This document shows, piece by piece, positions 61,654 to 64,000 of a stretch of DNA of 64,000 nt. A program made the translations under genes and the position numbers. Every line of letters begins with the position of its first letter. Position 1 is the stretch's first letter. The notes beneath the pieces are model-generated. The model saw only the letters and a list, made by a program, of their open reading frames with translations, had not been told where the DNA came from and did not search any database. The stretch comes from Actinomycetota bacterium (GTDB taxonomy: Bacteria > Actinomycetota > Acidimicrobiia > IMCC26256 > PALSA-610), in the NCBI GenBank assembly GCA_003134555.1, contig PLBO01000103.1, positions 19,251-83,250 of the forward strand, in the 5' to 3' direction.

Positions 61654-64000
61654 GCTCTCACCCCGTCGTCCGACTCGAGCAGATCTTCGGTGAGCAGCGC
61701 CTCGGGCCGCATACCGAGCGCGAGGCGGAGCTGGTCCTGGTCGAGATCGGCGAGCGAGCTCGACTTCGGCAACACGAGATCCGCGATCCGGCGCTTGCCC
61801 GCCACGACTTCCTCGACCCGTTCGTCGACGGTCCCGGGGCAGATCAGGCGATGAGAGATGACGGTGCGGGTCTGACCGATGCGCCACGCGCGATCACGGG
61901 CCTGGTCTTCCACGGCGGGGTTCCACCAACGGTCGTAGAGAACTACATGACTGGCAGCAGTGAGGTTGAGGCCGGTGCCGCCGGCCTTCAACGACAACAC
62001 GAGCGCGCGCGGCCCGTCGCCCCCTTGGAAGTCGGAGATGATCTGGTCGCGTGCCGTACGCGTCAACCCGCCGTGGTAGCAGGCCACCGGGGTTCCGGTG
62101 CGTTTCGTGAGATGGTCGGCCAAGCGAATGCCCCATTGCGCGAAGTGTGTGAACACGAGAACGCTTTCGCCCGCGGCGAACACCGCGTCGACGATCTCCT
62201 CGAGGCGCGAGAGCTTGCCCGACCGACCCGCGAGCGGAAGGTCGTCGCCTTTGTACGCGGCGGGATGGTTGCAGATCTGCTTGAGCGCGGTGATCGCGGC
62301 GAGGATCTGGCCGTTGCGGGCCTTGCTGCCTTCGGGAAGCGCGGCGCCGGTGACCAAGGTGTCGAGCAACGCTTGATACAGACCGATCTGCTCGGCTGTC
62401 ATCGCGCAACGGTCGAGCTCGTCGATCTGGTCGGGGAGCTCCGCCGCGATCATCGGCTCGGCCTTCGTGCGCCGGAACACGAGGATGCCGTTGAGCGCGC
62501 GCATCGCCTCTTCGGCCTCGACGCGCGCGGCACGACCGTCGCTCGAGAGTCGCGCGATGAACTGCGGGCGCGGACCGACGAGCCCGGGGTTCGCGAAGTC
62601 GAGGATCGCCCACAGGTCGCCGAGACCGTTCTCGATCGGCGTACCGGTGAGCGCGATCCGCGTTCTCGCCGGAATACGCCGCAACTGCTGCGACGTGTCG
62701 TTGGCCGGATTCTTGATCGCCTGCGCTTCGTCGAGGACCACCTTCGACCACGACACCGCCGCGATCGCGTCGATGTCGCGCACTGCGGTTCCGTAGGTGG
62801 TGACGACGACGTCGGCGTTGGCGACCTCCGCCGCGATCTCTTCGGCCACGGCGCGATTCGCGCCATGGTGCACGACGACGCGCAGACCGGGCGTGAAGCG
62901 CGCGGCCTCGGCCGTCCAGTTGCCGACGACCGCCGGCGGCGCGATCACCAGTGCCGGACCGGAGCCCTTGCCGGCGAGCAGATCGGCGAGCATCGTGGGC
63001 GTCTTCCCGAGGCCCATGTCGAGCGCGAGGCAGCCGCCGAGCCCGGCCTTGCCGAGGAAGCCGAGCCACGCGAGCGCCTCGGCCTGGTAGCTCCGCAACT
63101 CACCGACGAAGCCGACCGGCGTTCCCGCGGGCACCGACGAAACGTCGGACGCGGCGGCGAGAAGCTCGGCCGCCCAACCGCCACCGACTACTGAGACACC
63201 GCCCGCGAGCGACGAGGCTTCGATACCGAGCGCGAGACGGAGTGCCTGCGCGCCCGAGAGTTGCTTCGTGTCCGCACGTTCGGCCAGTGCGTCCGCGGCG
63301 GCCTGCAGATCGGCGCGGTCGACCGCCACCCAGCGTCCGCCCGAGCGGATGAGCGGGCGCGCCTCTCTGGCCAAACGGGCGATGTCGGCGGCTGTCAACT
63401 CGACGTCGTCGAACACGGCCGACCAGCGAACGTCCGCAAGCTGGTTCGCGCCGACCACCGACTCCGACGCGTCGACGAACACGCGCAGCGACGCCGTAGG
63501 CCGGCGCCGCGACAATGCCGGGACGCGCACGTCGAAGCCGGCCGCCTCGAGCTGCGGGCCGGTGGTCGCCATGAGGTCCCACGCCTCGTCCTGGCTCAGG
63601 ATGACCTCGCCGCGCCGCGTCCCGCCCGGCCTCAACAACGCCGGAAGCATGCGCTCCAGTCGCGTGAGCTCGTCCTCGAGGTGCGGCCGGACCGCACCCG
63701 CGTTCACGATCGCCTGCTCGATCGGAAGCTGCTCACCGCGCGCGCCGGTGGCGAACACCGCGAGATGCCAGGCCTTCGCGTCGTCGGGCGGATCGAGCCG
63801 GACGATCAATCGTCCGCGCTCCCCTGTCACCGAGCGTCCCCAACGCTCGATGCGCGTCGCGACATCGCCCGCGAGACGGGTCGGCGCGTCGAACGCGGTG
63901 CCGTCGAGCCGCCCGAGGAACGCCTCCGCCACATCGGTGGCGGTGCGAACGTTGGGAGGTGGGGCCGGCGTCTCGAGCTGGCGCGCACCGTCGCGACAGA
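61650..64000 (-). CDS. SNF2-family helicase (HelZ-like); N-terminus beyond the right edge
   Basis: Motif I LALDMGLGKT, motif II LDEAQAIKN and C-terminal helicase lobe ...LSLKAGGTGLNLT...QARDRAWRIGQ. The frame stays open from 63932 to 64000, so the gene is 5'-truncated by the window. Confidence 0.88.
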   Translation of the reverse strand, partial: CRDGARQLETPAPPPNVRTATDVAEAFLGRLDGTAFDAPTRLAGDVATRIERWGRSVTGERGRLIVRLDPPDDAKAWHLAVFATGARGEQLPIEQAIVNAGAVRPHLEDELTRLERMLPALLRPGGTRRGEVILSQDEAWDLMATTGPQLEAAGFDVRVPALSRRRPTASLRVFVDASESVVGANQLADVRWSAVFDDVELTAADIARLAREARPLIRSGGRWVAVDRADLQAAADALAERADTKQLSGAQALRLALGIEASSLAGGVSVVGGGWAAELLAAASDVSSVPAGTPVGFVGELRSYQAEALAWLGFLGKAGLGGCLALDMGLGKTPTMLADLLAGKGSGPALVIAPPAVVGNWTAEAARFTPGLRVVVHHGANRAVAEEIAAEVANADVVVTTYGTAVRDIDAIAAVSWSKVVLDEAQAIKNPANDTSQQLRRIPARTRIALTGTPIENGLGDLWAILDFANPGLVGPRPQFIARLSSDGRAARVEAEEAMRALNGILVFRRTKAEPMIAAELPDQIDELDRCAMTAEQIGLYQALLDTLVTGAALPEGSKARNGQILAAITALKQICNHPAAYKGDDLPLAGRSGKLSRLEEIVDAVFAAGESVLVFTHFAQWGIRLADHLTKRTGTPVACYHGGLTRTARDQIISDFQGGDGPRALVLSLKAGGTGLNLTAASHVVLYDRWWNPAVEDQARDRAWRIGQTRTVISHRLICPGTVDERVEEVVAGKRRIADLVLPKSSSLADLDQDQLRLALGMRPEALLTEDLLESDDGVRA

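Noticed and set aside
61650-64000. SNF2 helicase as part of a phage-defence system (DISARM/BREX-like)
   Set aside because: No methyltransferase, PLD or DUF1998-type partners are adjacent. The architecture (SNF2-associated N-terminal region, LALDMGLGKT, DEAQ) matches the widespread actinobacterial HelZ-type chromosomal helicase. The two methyltransferases in the window are 10 and 18 kb away in unrelated operons.

Overview
The window is very GC-rich and gene-dense, with almost no intergenic space and many ATGA/GTGA start-stop overlaps. It looks actinobacterial. The markers are mycothiol-linked proteins (an MDMPI-family enzyme, an Rv2466c-like DsbA protein, an RsrA/RshA-like ZAS anti-sigma factor) and LLM/F420-type oxidoreductases. 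I call 64 protein genes. Two run off the edges: serA on the left and an SNF2/HelZ-like helicase on the right. I saw no rRNA, tRNA, CRISPR array, transposase, integrase or phage genes. The content is a mix of housekeeping genes (serA, aminotransferase, two penicillin-binding-type enzymes, ccdA, RNase D, bioB, a ParE/ParC-like type IIA topoisomerase pair) and a large lipid/steroid-like catabolic gene set. That set has 3 acyl-CoA dehydrogenases, 2 P450s, 2 small 3Fe-4S-type ferredoxins, 2 acyl-CoA ligases, 6 SDRs, MaoC, crotonase, 2 amidohydrolases, a TetR, and 2 thiolase-like plus 2 DUF35 genes. The items most worth a second look are listed here. (1) A repeat family with an exact 44-bp period and an AACAGTT-centred palindromic core occurs at two loci 26 kb apart, each abutting a rare TAA stop codon. 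(2) An orphan RsrA/RshA-like zinc anti-sigma factor is hidden inside a longer spurious ORF and overlaps an acyl-CoA ligase start, with no sigma factor in the window. (3) A five-gene ligase/DUF35/DUF35/thiolase-like/thiolase-like operon encodes two thiolase paralogs that both appear to lack the Cys nucleophile. (4) A solitary Dam-like DNA adenine methyltransferase sits in line inside a catabolic operon. (5) A fused E1 alpha-beta dehydrogenase is divergent from an E2 acyltransferase that has no lipoyl domain. Most long ORFs in the six-frame track are antisense or shadow ORFs typical of high-GC DNA, and I rejected them. All domain calls come from motif recognition by eye, not database searches.
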